A stretch of 64,000 nt of DNA from an uncultured Clostridia bacterium (GTDB lineage: Bacteria > Bacillota > Clostridia > Christensenellales > UBA1242): contig CALWOU010000002.1 in NCBI GenBank assembly GCA_944383245.1, forward strand, positions 70,417 through 134,416, given 5' to 3'. Numbering within the stretch: position 1 is the first letter of the stretch; each line of letters starts with the position of its first letter. Below the pieces are notes generated by a model. That model had not been told where the DNA came from. It was given only the letters and a program-made list of their open reading frames with translations, and searched no databases. Below, one piece after another: positions 28,817 to 38,713 of this stretch. A program made the translations under genes and the position numbers.

Positions 28817-29065
28817 TTATATATTAATGTTTGCATCGTCTGACTTACCTGTTTTCACACTTTCTTCAAGTTGTTTTTTTATATAATCGGTTGCACTAAC
28901 ACAGTTATTACAACAACGGCAAAAGTACGCTGAGTGATAAGAATCATAATACATAATTGAATCGTCATTATCACAAAATATGTATTCAGGAATCTCATAT
29001 GTTTTTTGAACAATTTCAGTTAACTTACCAACTTTTTTTTGGTACTCAATTGTAATTCTTGGCAT
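28817..29065 (-). CDS. Small Cys-rich protein, paralogue A (82 aa)
   Basis: Start moved to ATG 29065 (MPRITIEY, RBS AAGGAG). The longer ORF start lies inside the promoter TTGACA (29119-29114)-N17-TAAACT (29096-29091). Cys pattern FC...FCRCCNNC. Confidence 0.55.
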   Translation of the reverse strand: MPRITIEYQKKVGKLTEIVQKTYEIPEYIFCDNDDSIMYYDSYHSAYFCRCCNNCVSATDYIKKQLEESVKTGKSDDANINI

Positions 29066-29166
29066 AGTTTTCTCCTTTTTATTTGTTTTGAGTTTATCAT
29101 AGAATATGATAGTTGTCAATAGATGGTGTTAAAAAAGCATAACCTAAGTTACACTTTTAAAAAATA

Positions 29167-29454
29167 TTATATATTAATGTTTGATAAATTAATGTTTGCA
29201 TCTATTAAATTTTCCACGCTTGCTCTAAGTTCTTTTTTAAGATAATCGCGGGCTGCAATATAGTTACCACAACAAGGGCAAATGTATGCTTTTTTATCTG
29301 AATTATATTCCATAACATTATAATGACCATCATCAGTTCTGCAATTAGTGTTATGGCAAAATATAGATTTAGGGATTTCATATACATCTTCAGTGATTTT
29401 ACACACACCGCCGTAATATTTTCTGTGTTCAATAGTGATTTTTGGCATAGTCAT
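29167..29454 (-). CDS. Small Cys-rich protein, paralogue B (95 aa)
   Basis: MTMPKITIEH with the same RBS and 5-prime UTR as paralogue A. Promoter TTGACA (29507-29502)-N17-TAATCT (29484-29479). Cys pattern FCHNTNC...ICPCC. Last 6 codons and 3-prime flank identical to paralogue A. Confidence 0.55.
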   Translation of the reverse strand: MTMPKITIEHRKYYGGVCKITEDVYEIPKSIFCHNTNCRTDDGHYNVMEYNSDKKAYICPCCGNYIAARDYLKKELRASVENLIDANINLSNINI

Positions 29455-29595
29455 AGTTTTCTCCTTTTGTTTGCGTCAAGATTACCATAAAAAATGATAG
29501 TTGTCAATAGGTAATATTAAAATAATAAAAAATAAAAAGACAAAACAAAATTAAAAATTCGAAAAGATATTTTTTATAAAGTTTTTAAATAATTT

Positions 29596-30186
29596 TTAAT
29601 TTTGATAATTATACTTACCTATTTGATTTTTTGAAAATTGTAATTGTTTACTATAAAGGCTTCTTAACTTATCAATTCCTAATTCATATTCAAGATGAAA
29701 ACCTAAATCATACATTTGTTGTTTTAAAATTTCAAATTGTTCATCTTCACTTAAACCTTTATTAAACAAATCTCTATCATACACATAATCCACAAGTCCT
29801 ATATCTTTAATTTCTTGCAATTGATGCCAGCAATTGCCTTTTTGATATATCCAATCTGTTTTTTCAGTGTCAAAGATAACATCAAATCCCGCTTTAAATA
29901 ATTTATCAAAATATGAAAATGCTGTTTTAAGGTCAACATTAATTTTTCCTTCTGGAAACGATTTATCTAATAGTTGTAAATTTTCAAAAAGAGAACAACC
30001 CCTGCATCTTATAAGGCTACGTTTAATTTCTTCTTCTGTTTTGTTTTCAAAATTTACATCTTTACCAAAATATATATCTCTTGTGTGCGCTGTTTTAAAA
30101 GTGTTAACAAATCCGTTTTCTAATAAAATTTTTTCTGCTTGTAACTTGTCTTCTTTGATTTTAAATCCTGCTTCAACTTCTATCAT
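29596..30186 (-). CDS. CYTH-like (CyaB / thiamine-triphosphatase fold) protein, divergent
   Basis: MIEVEAGFKI start resembles the ExExK strand of CYTH domains. RDIYF, LIRCR and a GF...K..W.Y region follow the CYTH pattern, but the acidic C-terminal motif is not evident. An alternative GTG start lies at 30201. Promoter TTGACA (30240-30235)-N17-TAAACT (30217-30212). Confidence 0.35.
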   Translation of the reverse strand: MIEVEAGFKIKEDKLQAEKILLENGFVNTFKTAHTRDIYFGKDVNFENKTEEEIKRSLIRCRGCSLFENLQLLDKSFPEGKINVDLKTAFSYFDKLFKAGFDVIFDTEKTDWIYQKGNCWHQLQEIKDIGLVDYVYDRDLFNKGLSEDEQFEILKQQMYDLGFHLEYELGIDKLRSLYSKQLQFSKNQIGKYNYQN

Positions 30187-30390
30187 ATAACCAAACACCA
30201 ACCTTTAAAAAAGTTTATCATAGAAGATAATGGTTGTCAAATGGTGGTGTTAAAAAAAAGCAAAACAAAATTAAAAATTCGAAAAAATTATTAAAAAGTC
30301 GTTAAAAATTGTTAAAAATCGCGATTTTTCGTGAATTTTTTTAATATTTTCAAAAATTTTTGTGTGATATATTGTTTAAGGGTATAAAAA

Positions 30391-32673
30391 ATGCAAAAAA
30401 CTAAAAAGATTAATTTAAAATTTATTTTAAAATATATGGCACTATTTTTTGTTAGTTTACTGCTTGCAAACGCGCGAGTGAGTGGAGTGAGCCCGTTTTT
30501 GTTTGCGTTTTTCTTTGCGGGGATTTTTGTTGGTATGGATGAAAAACTGCTTGCCGTGTTCACGCTTTCTGCGTCAATGCTAACAAATATGACTTTAAAT
30601 AATTTATATGTGTCAATAACCGTGGTGGCAGTAGGGCTTATAATGTTTTACGTATTCAAACTAATGAAGCGAAAGATAAACTTGATAACTGTTTTTTGTT
30701 GTTATATATTGTCACTTGTAACATATATTTATTATTTTCATTCCAATATAAAAGAACTTATAATCTACATAATTTTAGGACTAATTTGTTTGTATGTTTT
30801 TATAGTTGTTTTTCAGTGCATAGATTTAAAGAAAAATTGTTTTAAACTAACACTTGATGAAAGCATATGTTTTTTATTTTTTATAGCGGTTTTAGGGCTT
30901 GGGCTTGCACCCGTTTATATAATCAACTTTTCTATTTATAGACTTGTGTTGATGACCTTAATATTTTTAATGCTTGCAACTAATAATCCAACTCTAACTC
31001 TTGCAATAAGCATATCTTTTTCGCTAGGAGTTGCGCTAAATGATATGTCTCTATCGGTGGTGGCTGAATTTGCAATTTTAACACTTCTATCTAGTTTGTT
31101 TTCGCTTCCAAACAAATGGAAAATATCGCTTGTTGTGATTTTAACCGACGTGTTTATTCAATATTTCTTTTTGTATATGAGTGTTGATTTTATTTATGCT
31201 GTTTTGCCTATAATAGTTAGCGCCTTGATTTTCTTATGTATTCCTAAAAAAGTGCTAAATAGCATTGCCGATTTTGTTTACGTTAAAAAGAGCGAAATAA
31301 CCTCACGAAACCTAATAAATCAGTCACGAAAAAGCATTAGAAAACGTATGAGCGAACTTAGCAATGTGTTTTTAGATATGAAACAAATTCATCTAAATAT
31401 GGTTAAAAAAGAACTTACTAAGGACGAACTTATTGCTATGCTAGAGCGCGAAGTGATGAACAATTGTTGCAAGGATTGTTTGGAGAAAAATAGGTGTATG
31501 CGATCTCTAACAAGTATGAATAAATCTAATCTCGACGTGCTTATCGAACTCGCTATAACAAAAGGAAAAATTACCCTACTAGATATTCCAAATTCGCTTT
31601 CATCAAGGTGCTTAAAGGTTAATAATCTAATAACACTAATCAATCGACTGACAGATGAATACAGGCAATATAAGTCAATGCTTGCGGATGTTAATAACGT
31701 AAAAATTTTGCTAGCCGACCAAATGGGAGCAGTTAGCAGGTTGCTTCTTGATATGGGAGAGGAGATAGATTCTAATATAACGTTTGATCTCGCAGAAGAA
31801 AACAAGATAATTTCAAAACTTTTGTCAAACAACATTGAATGCAAAGAAGTATTATTGTATAACGAAAAAAATAACGACAAGTCTGTAATGGTTGTGGTTA
31901 AAGGCGGAGCGGAGATTTATCCAATTTTAGAAAAAGTGGTTGGCGAGTGTTTAAAAATAAAAATGCAGGTGGAAAAAGTTGAACCAATTGATGACGGAAT
32001 TTTTATTTCAGTAAATTTAAAAACAAAACCTAAATATGATTGTGTGTTTGGGCTTAGCAGTGTGAATAAATCGGGTAATGATGAATGTGGAGATTGCCAT
32101 AGCATTATTAGGTTAAATAAAAATAGATTTTTACTAGCACTTTGCGACGGAATGGGCAGTGGCAAGTCTGCACATATGATGAGTGCTATGACACTAGGAC
32201 TTATTGAAAATTTCTATAAAGCAGGATTTGATAACGACACGATTTTAGAGAGTGTAAACAAACTTCTTGCCATAAACAATCAAGAAAATTATTCAACTTT
32301 GGACGTGTGTTTAATAGACTTAGATAGAGAACTTGGCGATTTTATCAAGGTTGGCGCGCCGTTTGGGCTTATTAAACGAGAGGGTGGCGTTGAATTAATT
32401 GAAGGTGGCGCGCTTCCAATTGGTGCGTTAGATAATATTAGACCAAGTGTGAAGCAGTGCGCAATAACCACAAAGGATATTGTAATTTTAGCAACCGACG
32501 GAATAACCGACGCGTTCATAAGTCAAGAAAATATGATTGAGTATGTTAGTAAACTCGCAACCAATAATCCGCAAACCATTGCAGAAAGCATCTTAAACGA
32601 GGCGCTAAGGTTAAACGAAATGCAAGCGCGTGATGATATGACAGTGCTTGTTGCAAGAACTTATTTAAAATAA
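30391..32673 (+). CDS. spoIIE: Stage II sporulation protein E-like (polytopic membrane domain plus PP2C phosphatase)
   Basis: 760 aa. About 10 N-terminal TM segments. C-terminal PPM domain (ALCDGMGSGKSA ... ILATDGITD ... DDMTVLV). Confidence 0.85.
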   Translation: MQKTKKINLKFILKYMALFFVSLLLANARVSGVSPFLFAFFFAGIFVGMDEKLLAVFTLSASMLTNMTLNNLYVSITVVAVGLIMFYVFKLMKRKINLITVFCCYILSLVTYIYYFHSNIKELIIYIILGLICLYVFIVVFQCIDLKKNCFKLTLDESICFLFFIAVLGLGLAPVYIINFSIYRLVLMTLIFLMLATNNPTLTLAISISFSLGVALNDMSLSVVAEFAILTLLSSLFSLPNKWKISLVVILTDVFIQYFFLYMSVDFIYAVLPIIVSALIFLCIPKKVLNSIADFVYVKKSEITSRNLINQSRKSIRKRMSELSNVFLDMKQIHLNMVKKELTKDELIAMLEREVMNNCCKDCLEKNRCMRSLTSMNKSNLDVLIELAITKGKITLLDIPNSLSSRCLKVNNLITLINRLTDEYRQYKSMLADVNNVKILLADQMGAVSRLLLDMGEEIDSNITFDLAEENKIISKLLSNNIECKEVLLYNEKNNDKSVMVVVKGGAEIYPILEKVVGECLKIKMQVEKVEPIDDGIFISVNLKTKPKYDCVFGLSSVNKSGNDECGDCHSIIRLNKNRFLLALCDGMGSGKSAHMMSAMTLGLIENFYKAGFDNDTILESVNKLLAINNQENYSTLDVCLIDLDRELGDFIKVGAPFGLIKREGGVELIEGGALPIGALDNIRPSVKQCAITTKDIVILATDGITDAFISQENMIEYVSKLATNNPQTIAESILNEALRLNEMQARDDMTVLVARTYLK

Positions 32674-32869
32674 AAATAAATTCTTAAATTTTTTAAAAAA
32701 TAAAAAAATTTTAAAAAACTATAAAAAATCTAATAAAAATGTTAAAAATGTGAAAAAACTGCAATTTTTTAAAAATTTTTATAATTTATGATATTTTAAA
32801 TAAAACTAATCAATTTTATTTGGTTTAATAAATTCTTAAAAATTTTTCCATTAAATTTAAAAATTGGTA

Positions 32870-32898
32870 TTGCAATTATTTAAGTTCTATTGTATAAT
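32870..32898 (+). promoter_or_regulatory. Promoter of tilS
   Basis: TTGCAA (32870-32875), 17-nt spacer, TG-extended TATAAT (32893-32898). Confidence 0.6.
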
Positions 32899-32919
32899 TG
32901 TGTTAACTAGGAGAGAATT

Positions 32920-34263
32920 ATGGAGAAAGTTTTAGAGTATATCAAAAGCAACAATATGATTAAATCGGGCGAAATTGTTGGTGTGGCTTGCTCGGGCGGG
33001 CGAGATAGCATTTGCTTGTTGCACTATCTTAACTCATTAAAATCTGATTTAGATTTTGAAGTTGTGGCAGTGAATGTTGACCACGGAATTAGACCAAATA
33101 GCGCGCTAGACACAGAGTTTGTTATGGACTTTTGCAAGAAAAATGGAATTCGCGCTTACAAGTTTAAAGGTGAAGCACTAAAAGTTGCAAAAGAAGAAGG
33201 TTTAACTGTTGAACAAGCAGCAAGAAAGGTGCGTTATGGAGTTTTTGAAACATTAATTAATAAAGGTTTGGTGGATAAAATTGCGCTTGCTCATCACTTA
33301 AACGACCAAGCCGAAACTGTTATATTAAACATTTTGCGCGGTTGCGGATTAAATGGTGCGCGCGGAATGGAACCTGTTAGAGATAATATTTACATTCGTC
33401 CATTTTTAAACACACCAAGAGAAGAGATTATGGCATATCTTGATGAACACAATTTGGAATATGTGGAAGACGAAACAAATCAAGATAACACTTATTCAAG
33501 AAATTATGTTCGCAATATTATTATGCCAGCTTTTAGAAAACACTTTAAGTCGGTTGATAAAAATATTGTGAACTTCGCGTCAATTTGTGCTAAAGATGAT
33601 GATTTCATTTCTTCACAAGTCAATATGGATGCAATTTTGTATGATAAAGATATCGTGCGCGTTCCACTAAGTTATTTCTATCAAAACGATTCAATTGTGG
33701 TTAGAATGCTAATGAAAGTGTTTAGTAGATTTGTTAAGCAAGATATTGAATCAAAACACATTAAAATGGTGCAACAATTTGCCATTGAAGCGCGAAACGG
33801 AAATGTAATCAGCCTTCCAAACAAACTAAAAGTTATGAAAGAGTATGACTACATAGCAATCGGTAAAATTAAAAAGAAAGATACCGTTTCAAACTATCCA
33901 TTTAGAAGTGGAAAACTAAGAATTGATGGTTATGGAACAATTCGCTCAACTTCAAGCAAAATTTTAACCGAACCAAAAGATCATCAACACATTGTGGATG
34001 CCGATAGAATTCCAACCACAGCAGAGTGGAGATTTAGGCGAGATGGCGATATGTTCTCTCCGCTAGGGCTTAACGGCACAAAGAAATTAAACGATTATTT
34101 TATTGATAAAAAAGTGCCAAAACGCTTGCGAGACCAAATTCCTGTGCTTGCAGTGGATAACAAAATTTTAGTTGTTGCAGATATTGAAATTGCCGATGAA
34201 ATCAAAGTGACCGACGACACAATTCATTTCTACAAAATAAACTACGAAAAAGATTTATTATAA
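32920..34263 (+). CDS. tilS: tRNA(Ile)-lysidine synthase
   Basis: PP-loop SGGRDS, HHLNDQAET block, C-terminal TilS_C-like region (KKLNDYFIDKKVP). Confidence 0.9.
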   Translation: MEKVLEYIKSNNMIKSGEIVGVACSGGRDSICLLHYLNSLKSDLDFEVVAVNVDHGIRPNSALDTEFVMDFCKKNGIRAYKFKGEALKVAKEEGLTVEQAARKVRYGVFETLINKGLVDKIALAHHLNDQAETVILNILRGCGLNGARGMEPVRDNIYIRPFLNTPREEIMAYLDEHNLEYVEDETNQDNTYSRNYVRNIIMPAFRKHFKSVDKNIVNFASICAKDDDFISSQVNMDAILYDKDIVRVPLSYFYQNDSIVVRMLMKVFSRFVKQDIESKHIKMVQQFAIEARNGNVISLPNKLKVMKEYDYIAIGKIKKKDTVSNYPFRSGKLRIDGYGTIRSTSSKILTEPKDHQHIVDADRIPTTAEWRFRRDGDMFSPLGLNGTKKLNDYFIDKKVPKRLRDQIPVLAVDNKILVVADIEIADEIKVTDDTIHFYKINYEKDLL

Positions 34264-34447
34264 AAATTTTAAAAATTTACAAAATTTTTCTAAAAATTTA
34301 GCAAAAATATAAAAAATATGCAAAAATTTTGAGAAACTAAAAAGTTTTTATGAAATTTAAATATTGCTGTTAATTAAAATAGAAAAAAATAGTTACAATT
34401 AAAATAACTAAAAAACAAAAAAATAGGAAAAATTGTTTTCCTATTTT

Positions 34448-34741
34448 TTAAATACTCGCAGTTGATGTTGTTATGTAACTAGATAAAAATTTATTCCATA
34501 TGCTATTTGCTCGTTTGCTATCGAGATTAGAAAATTCATCTGAAAATTCGCATTTTTCGTTATTTAGTTTTAAAATAGCGATAGGACGAATATCTTTTGG
34601 GTCTAAATAAAAACAAATAACCTTATAAAAGTTTTGGTCAGCAGTGTTAAACACTTTAAAGCTAGTGCCTAATGGGATTTCTTTGTTCAGCGCTTGCACG
34701 AATTTATCGTAATCCGAACTAATCATCTCTTCAACAACCAT
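34448..34741 (-). CDS. Hypothetical protein (97 aa)
   Basis: The TAAAAT -10 (34765-34760) of promoter TTGACA-N16-TAAAAT abuts the first ATG (34759). The start was therefore moved to ATG 34741, preceded by GAGG. Confidence 0.4.
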   Translation of the reverse strand: MVVEEMISSDYDKFVQALNKEIPLGTSFKVFNTADQNFYKVICFYLDPKDIRPIAILKLNNEKCEFSDEFSNLDSKRANSIWNKFLSSYITTSTASI

Positions 34742-34817
34742 ATTAACCTCACTAGACATATTTTATCATATTTTAAAAAAATGTCAAACAAAGAAATTGT
34801 GTTTTTAAAAATTCATT

Positions 34818-34858
34818 AAAAAAATTAAAAATGCGCCTAAAAAATAATTCTTAGGCGC
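34818..34858 (-). terminator. Rho-independent terminator (minus strand)
   Basis: GCGCCTAA (34833-34840) / TTAGGCGC (34851-34858). T-run on the minus strand. Confidence 0.65.
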
Positions 34859-34996
34859 TAATATGCTTGATACTAAAAGGTCAATGAAATATAAAGGAAA
34901 AATGTTGATTGAGTGAAATCGTTTTCATTTTGCTAAAAAAATAATTAGTAAATTTTAAATTATGTGTAACTTTATAAAAATTAAGTTTTCGTTTAG

Positions 34997-35872
34997 TTAT
35001 GTTTCTTTTGTGTATAATTTAAGCCCATTTTCAACCACTTGCACATTTATCTCTTCCAAATTTAAAAGAGTGCCGTCCACAATTGCTTTAATGCGGTTAT
35101 CTTCGTTTGTTATGCGAAGTTGATTGGTCCAATGTTGTTTGGTGTTATTGTTATAAATTTGCTTGCCCGAATTGAACAAATTTAAATACTTTTTGCGTTC
35201 ATTTTTTTGTAAAATTGTTGTATAGTTAAAATTCATAAGGCCATCTTTTACGTTTGCTAGCGGACTTATATGTTTTTTTCTAGATAACCCGCCATTTGCT
35301 ATTGACAATTCAAATATATTTTCGTTTTTTATTTTGTTAGACTTAAAATCAAAATTTAAAATTATACCTTCAAACTTGTCGCCATACTGCATTGTTGCAA
35401 TTTTTTGCGTGAACGAATTTTTTATTTTGTATTGATTATAAATTTCAAAAATTTCCGCACTAGCGCCAACTAGGATGTTGTTTAGCACAATTTGGTCATT
35501 CATAATTAAATAATCCACTTCTTCAATATGCTTTGCTAAAATATCTTTTATTGCTTGAATTGGGTTAGATGAAATTCCTAAAAATTCAGCAAAATCGTCG
35601 TGTTTATTAGTTGGAATAATTCCTAATTTTATTTTTCCAACCTCTTTAACGGCATTTAAAAATTTATTTAAAACCACGTCATTTCCAACCACAACAAACT
35701 CAGTTTCGCCAAGCGCTAAAATTTCTTGCACACTAGTAGTGATATCATCAAGTGTGCGCGAAAAATAAACTGAAAATTCCACTTTTTCATTCTTTAAATA
35801 GGATACAATTTTTTTTGTGTAACTTTCCCCTTTATCGCATATCTCATACGGGGCAACAATGATATTTAACAT
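34997..35872 (-). CDS. Diacylglycerol/lipid kinase family (YegS/DagK-like) protein, atypical motifs
   Basis: 291 aa. KLGIIPTNKHDDFAEFLGI matches the lGiiPxGtxNDfar block, but the GGDGT loop reads VGNDVV. Confidence 0.5.
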   Translation of the reverse strand: MLNIIVAPYEICDKGESYTKKIVSYLKNEKVEFSVYFSRTLDDITTSVQEILALGETEFVVVGNDVVLNKFLNAVKEVGKIKLGIIPTNKHDDFAEFLGISSNPIQAIKDILAKHIEEVDYLIMNDQIVLNNILVGASAEIFEIYNQYKIKNSFTQKIATMQYGDKFEGIILNFDFKSNKIKNENIFELSIANGGLSRKKHISPLANVKDGLMNFNYTTILQKNERKKYLNLFNSGKQIYNNNTKQHWTNQLRITNEDNRIKAIVDGTLLNLEEINVQVVENGLKLYTKET

Positions 35873-36076
35873 ATAATTATTATAACCAAATATTAAAAAA
35901 TTGCAAATAATTTATGTATTTTTATGTTTTTTTAATTAAATTTAGACAAAAAGTTAAATTTTTTCGTCAATTTAATAATTTTAAGTTTTTCAAATTTTCT
36001 TTTTTTATAGATTTTATTTGACAAAATCTCACTATTTTTATATTCTATTTATATATTGATATAATTAGGTGGAGTC

Positions 36077-37219
36077 TTGAAAAAATATAATTCGATAAAC
36101 TTAAAATCGTTTATTATAATGGTAGTAATTCTTGTTGCCACCTTTTTTGTGTCAATGGGGTGCGCGTATGCGTATTTTACTGCCACAGCAAAGAGCCAAA
36201 CTGCAAATGTGAACACTGCAATAATTCGCGTTGGTTTTTCGTCAGACACAACAATTCAAAACACCTCAAGCCCGTTTATTGTTTCAGAGCGAGTTTATCC
36301 AGGAAGCACAATAACAGTTAATGGAGCAGTTGAGAACACGGGCAACTATGAAGTGTGGGCTATTTTAGAATTGCAAGTAAGTGTCGCAGGAGTGGTAGTT
36401 GAACAATCTTATTTCACAGCAACAGGCACACCTATCGAGAGAAATGACGGAGTGTATACAACTAGTGCCTCAATGATAAACGACGGGCAAAATTCTAATT
36501 TTACTTTAACTTACACTCTCGATTCTAGTTATGGAAATACATATATGGGGGAAAGCATAACGGTTAGTGTGGTAGCACACGCAATTCAGTATGCAAACAT
36601 TCCTTCAGGTGTGGATGCAACCAATATATTGTCCGAATTCGTTTTACCAAGCGAATATCAAGCCGTGGAGTATCTCACATTTTCAGGCACGCAATACATA
36701 AACACATTGTATAAGCCTAATGAATCAACGAGGGTTTATATTGATTTTAATCCTAGTGTTTCGAATGTCTGGGTTTTTGGGTCTAGGACATCTGCAACAA
36801 ATTCAAATAATTTTGGACTATTTTTAAACCGCAATCAGTTTTGGCTTCAAAAAGCAGGTAATTCTGCTCCAAATGGCGGATATGCAAACGTTTCATCCGT
36901 TTTAGGACGAAGAAAAATATCAATTAATGAAACTTCTATGTCTATTGACGGAACAACCGCTTTAACATATTCAAACAATTTAACAACGTCCACACTAGAT
37001 TTGTATCTAGGGACGATGAACGGAAATGGTTCGGTTGATTCTAGACGTTTTCGCGGAAATATTTATCAATTCGAAATTTTGGAAGGCAACAGATTAATGC
37101 TTAAATTAATTCCTTGTTATCGCAAAGCCGATAATGTGGCGGGAATGTATGATGTGGTTAATGACGTTTTTTACTCAAATCTAGGAACAGGGACATTTGA
37201 TGTTGGTCCAGAGATTTAA
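36077..37219 (+). CDS. Secreted protein: TasA/camelysin-type (SipW-class) signal peptide and N-domain plus a C-terminal jelly-roll-like domain
   Basis: TTG start with RBS AGGTGGAG. GCAYAYFTATAKSQ resembles the (T)YAYF(S/T)D SipW-cognate signal motif. C-terminal LPSEYQAVEYLTFSGTQYINT...IPCYR...GMYDVVNDVFYSN pattern. Confidence 0.5.
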   Translation: MKKYNSINLKSFIIMVVILVATFFVSMGCAYAYFTATAKSQTANVNTAIIRVGFSSDTTIQNTSSPFIVSERVYPGSTITVNGAVENTGNYEVWAILELQVSVAGVVVEQSYFTATGTPIERNDGVYTTSASMINDGQNSNFTLTYTLDSSYGNTYMGESITVSVVAHAIQYANIPSGVDATNILSEFVLPSEYQAVEYLTFSGTQYINTLYKPNESTRVYIDFNPSVSNVWVFGSRTSATNSNNFGLFLNRNQFWLQKAGNSAPNGGYANVSSVLGRRKISINETSMSIDGTTALTYSNNLTTSTLDLYLGTMNGNGSVDSRRFRGNIYQFEILEGNRLMLKLIPCYRKADNVAGMYDVVNDVFYSNLGTGTFDVGPEI

Positions 37220-37348
37220 TTTAACATTTTTATAAACTTTTTAAAACATTCATAATCTAAAGCAGGCTAATTGTTTGCTAATAATAAGTTTGTTTTATCT
37301 ATTTTTATTAATATTGTATTTTGTTACAATTTATTTTTGGAGAAAGAT

Positions 37349-38677
37349 ATGGATTTAATTATAATATCGTGCGTGTTTGGCGCAATTTGGCTTATAACAA
37401 CTATTGTGTTCGTTATTATGTATAAAAAGAAAACAACTAGTATTTCAACTTCAACTGACATAAAGCCAATTTTAGACAATCAAAAAGAGCAAAACATACT
37501 TTTAAACAATATGTTAATGAATGCGCTTAAAAATAATGAGGTTGCAACGCAAAACACAATCAACAATTTAACAGTGCTTCAAAAGCAAGAGTTTGAGTCG
37601 ATTTCAAAACGTGTGGATGAACTCACAACTAGGAACGAACAGCGAATTGAAAAGTTGACTTTTGACGTCAATCTTTCACTAAACAATATGCGCCAAGAAA
37701 ATGATAAAGCAATCGAAAAAATGCGTGAAACTGTGGATGAAAAACTAAATAATTCGCTTTCTCAAAGACTGAATGATAGTTTTTCAAAAATTCAACAAAG
37801 TTTGGAAAGTGTAAACCTTGGTATTGGAGAAATGCGTTCGCTCGCGCATGGTGTTGGAGATATTAAAAAGGTGTTAAGTAACGTTAAAGTGCGCGGTGGT
37901 TGGGGTGAAATTATGCTTTCAACCTTGCTTGAGCAAATGCTTGCACCAAATCAATATAAAGCGCAAGTGCAAGTTAAGAAAAATAGCAAAGAGAGAGTGG
38001 ATTTTGTTGTTAGTATGCCAGGAAAAGACGGTCACGAGGTTATGCTTCCAATAGATAGTAAATTTCCGCTTGAAGATTATAATAAACTTATTGAAGCAAG
38101 CGAAACACTAGATAAGGAGTTGATAGATAGGTGCCAAAAGCAATTAATCAAACGCATAAAAGAAGAGGCAAAATCTATCCACGAAAAGTATATAAACGTG
38201 CCAGAAACAACCGATTTTGCTGTTATGTTTTTGCCGGTTGAAGGTTTGTATGCCGAAGTTGTTAGAGATGTTGAACTTATGGACACTCTCCAAAATCAAT
38301 ACAAAGTTGTAGTTTGCGGTCCAACCACTTTAACCGCGCTACTCAATAGTTTGCAACTTGGCTTTAAAACGTTATATATTGAAAAACGAAGCAGTGAGTT
38401 ATGGCAAGTGTTGTCCACTTTCAAGCAAGAGTTTGAAAAGTTTGTGCAATTACTTTTAAAAACTCAAAACAAACTAGGAGAAGCAAATTCAACAATTGAA
38501 CTTGCCACAAAATCAAGCAAAAAGATTGCTAAAAAACTTGGCGACGTTTCGCAAGTTGTTGGAATTGATTATGATGAAGATGAAGGAAACGATAGTGTTG
38601 GTCAAATTGGAAACGGCGAGTCAAATGAAGATTTTGGAGATGATGGCGACACCTCAATTGGCGAAACGGACGAATAA
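37349..38677 (+). CDS. rmuC: DNA recombination protein RmuC
   Basis: Start moved to ATG 37349 (RBS GGAG). N-terminal TM, long coiled coil, C-terminal RmuC nuclease-like block (VDFVVSMPG...IDSKFPLEDY...FAVMFLPVEGLY). Confidence 0.85.
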   Translation: MDLIIISCVFGAIWLITTIVFVIMYKKKTTSISTSTDIKPILDNQKEQNILLNNMLMNALKNNEVATQNTINNLTVLQKQEFESISKRVDELTTRNEQRIEKLTFDVNLSLNNMRQENDKAIEKMRETVDEKLNNSLSQRLNDSFSKIQQSLESVNLGIGEMRSLAHGVGDIKKVLSNVKVRGGWGEIMLSTLLEQMLAPNQYKAQVQVKKNSKERVDFVVSMPGKDGHEVMLPIDSKFPLEDYNKLIEASETLDKELIDRCQKQLIKRIKEEAKSIHEKYINVPETTDFAVMFLPVEGLYAEVVRDVELMDTLQNQYKVVVCGPTTLTALLNSLQLGFKTLYIEKRSSELWQVLSTFKQEFEKFVQLLLKTQNKLGEANSTIELATKSSKKIAKKLGDVSQVVGIDYDEDEGNDSVGQIGNGESNEDFGDDGDTSIGETDE

Positions 38678-38713
38678 TCATTAAATTTTAGTTTATGCAC
38701 ATAAAATGCGTGA

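Noticed and set aside
34997-35872. Active diacylglycerol kinase call
   Set aside because: The family resemblance is retained (LGIIPT..DDF), but the nucleotide-binding GGDGT loop reads VGNDVV. The gene is therefore annotated only as a family member with possibly altered or lost activity.
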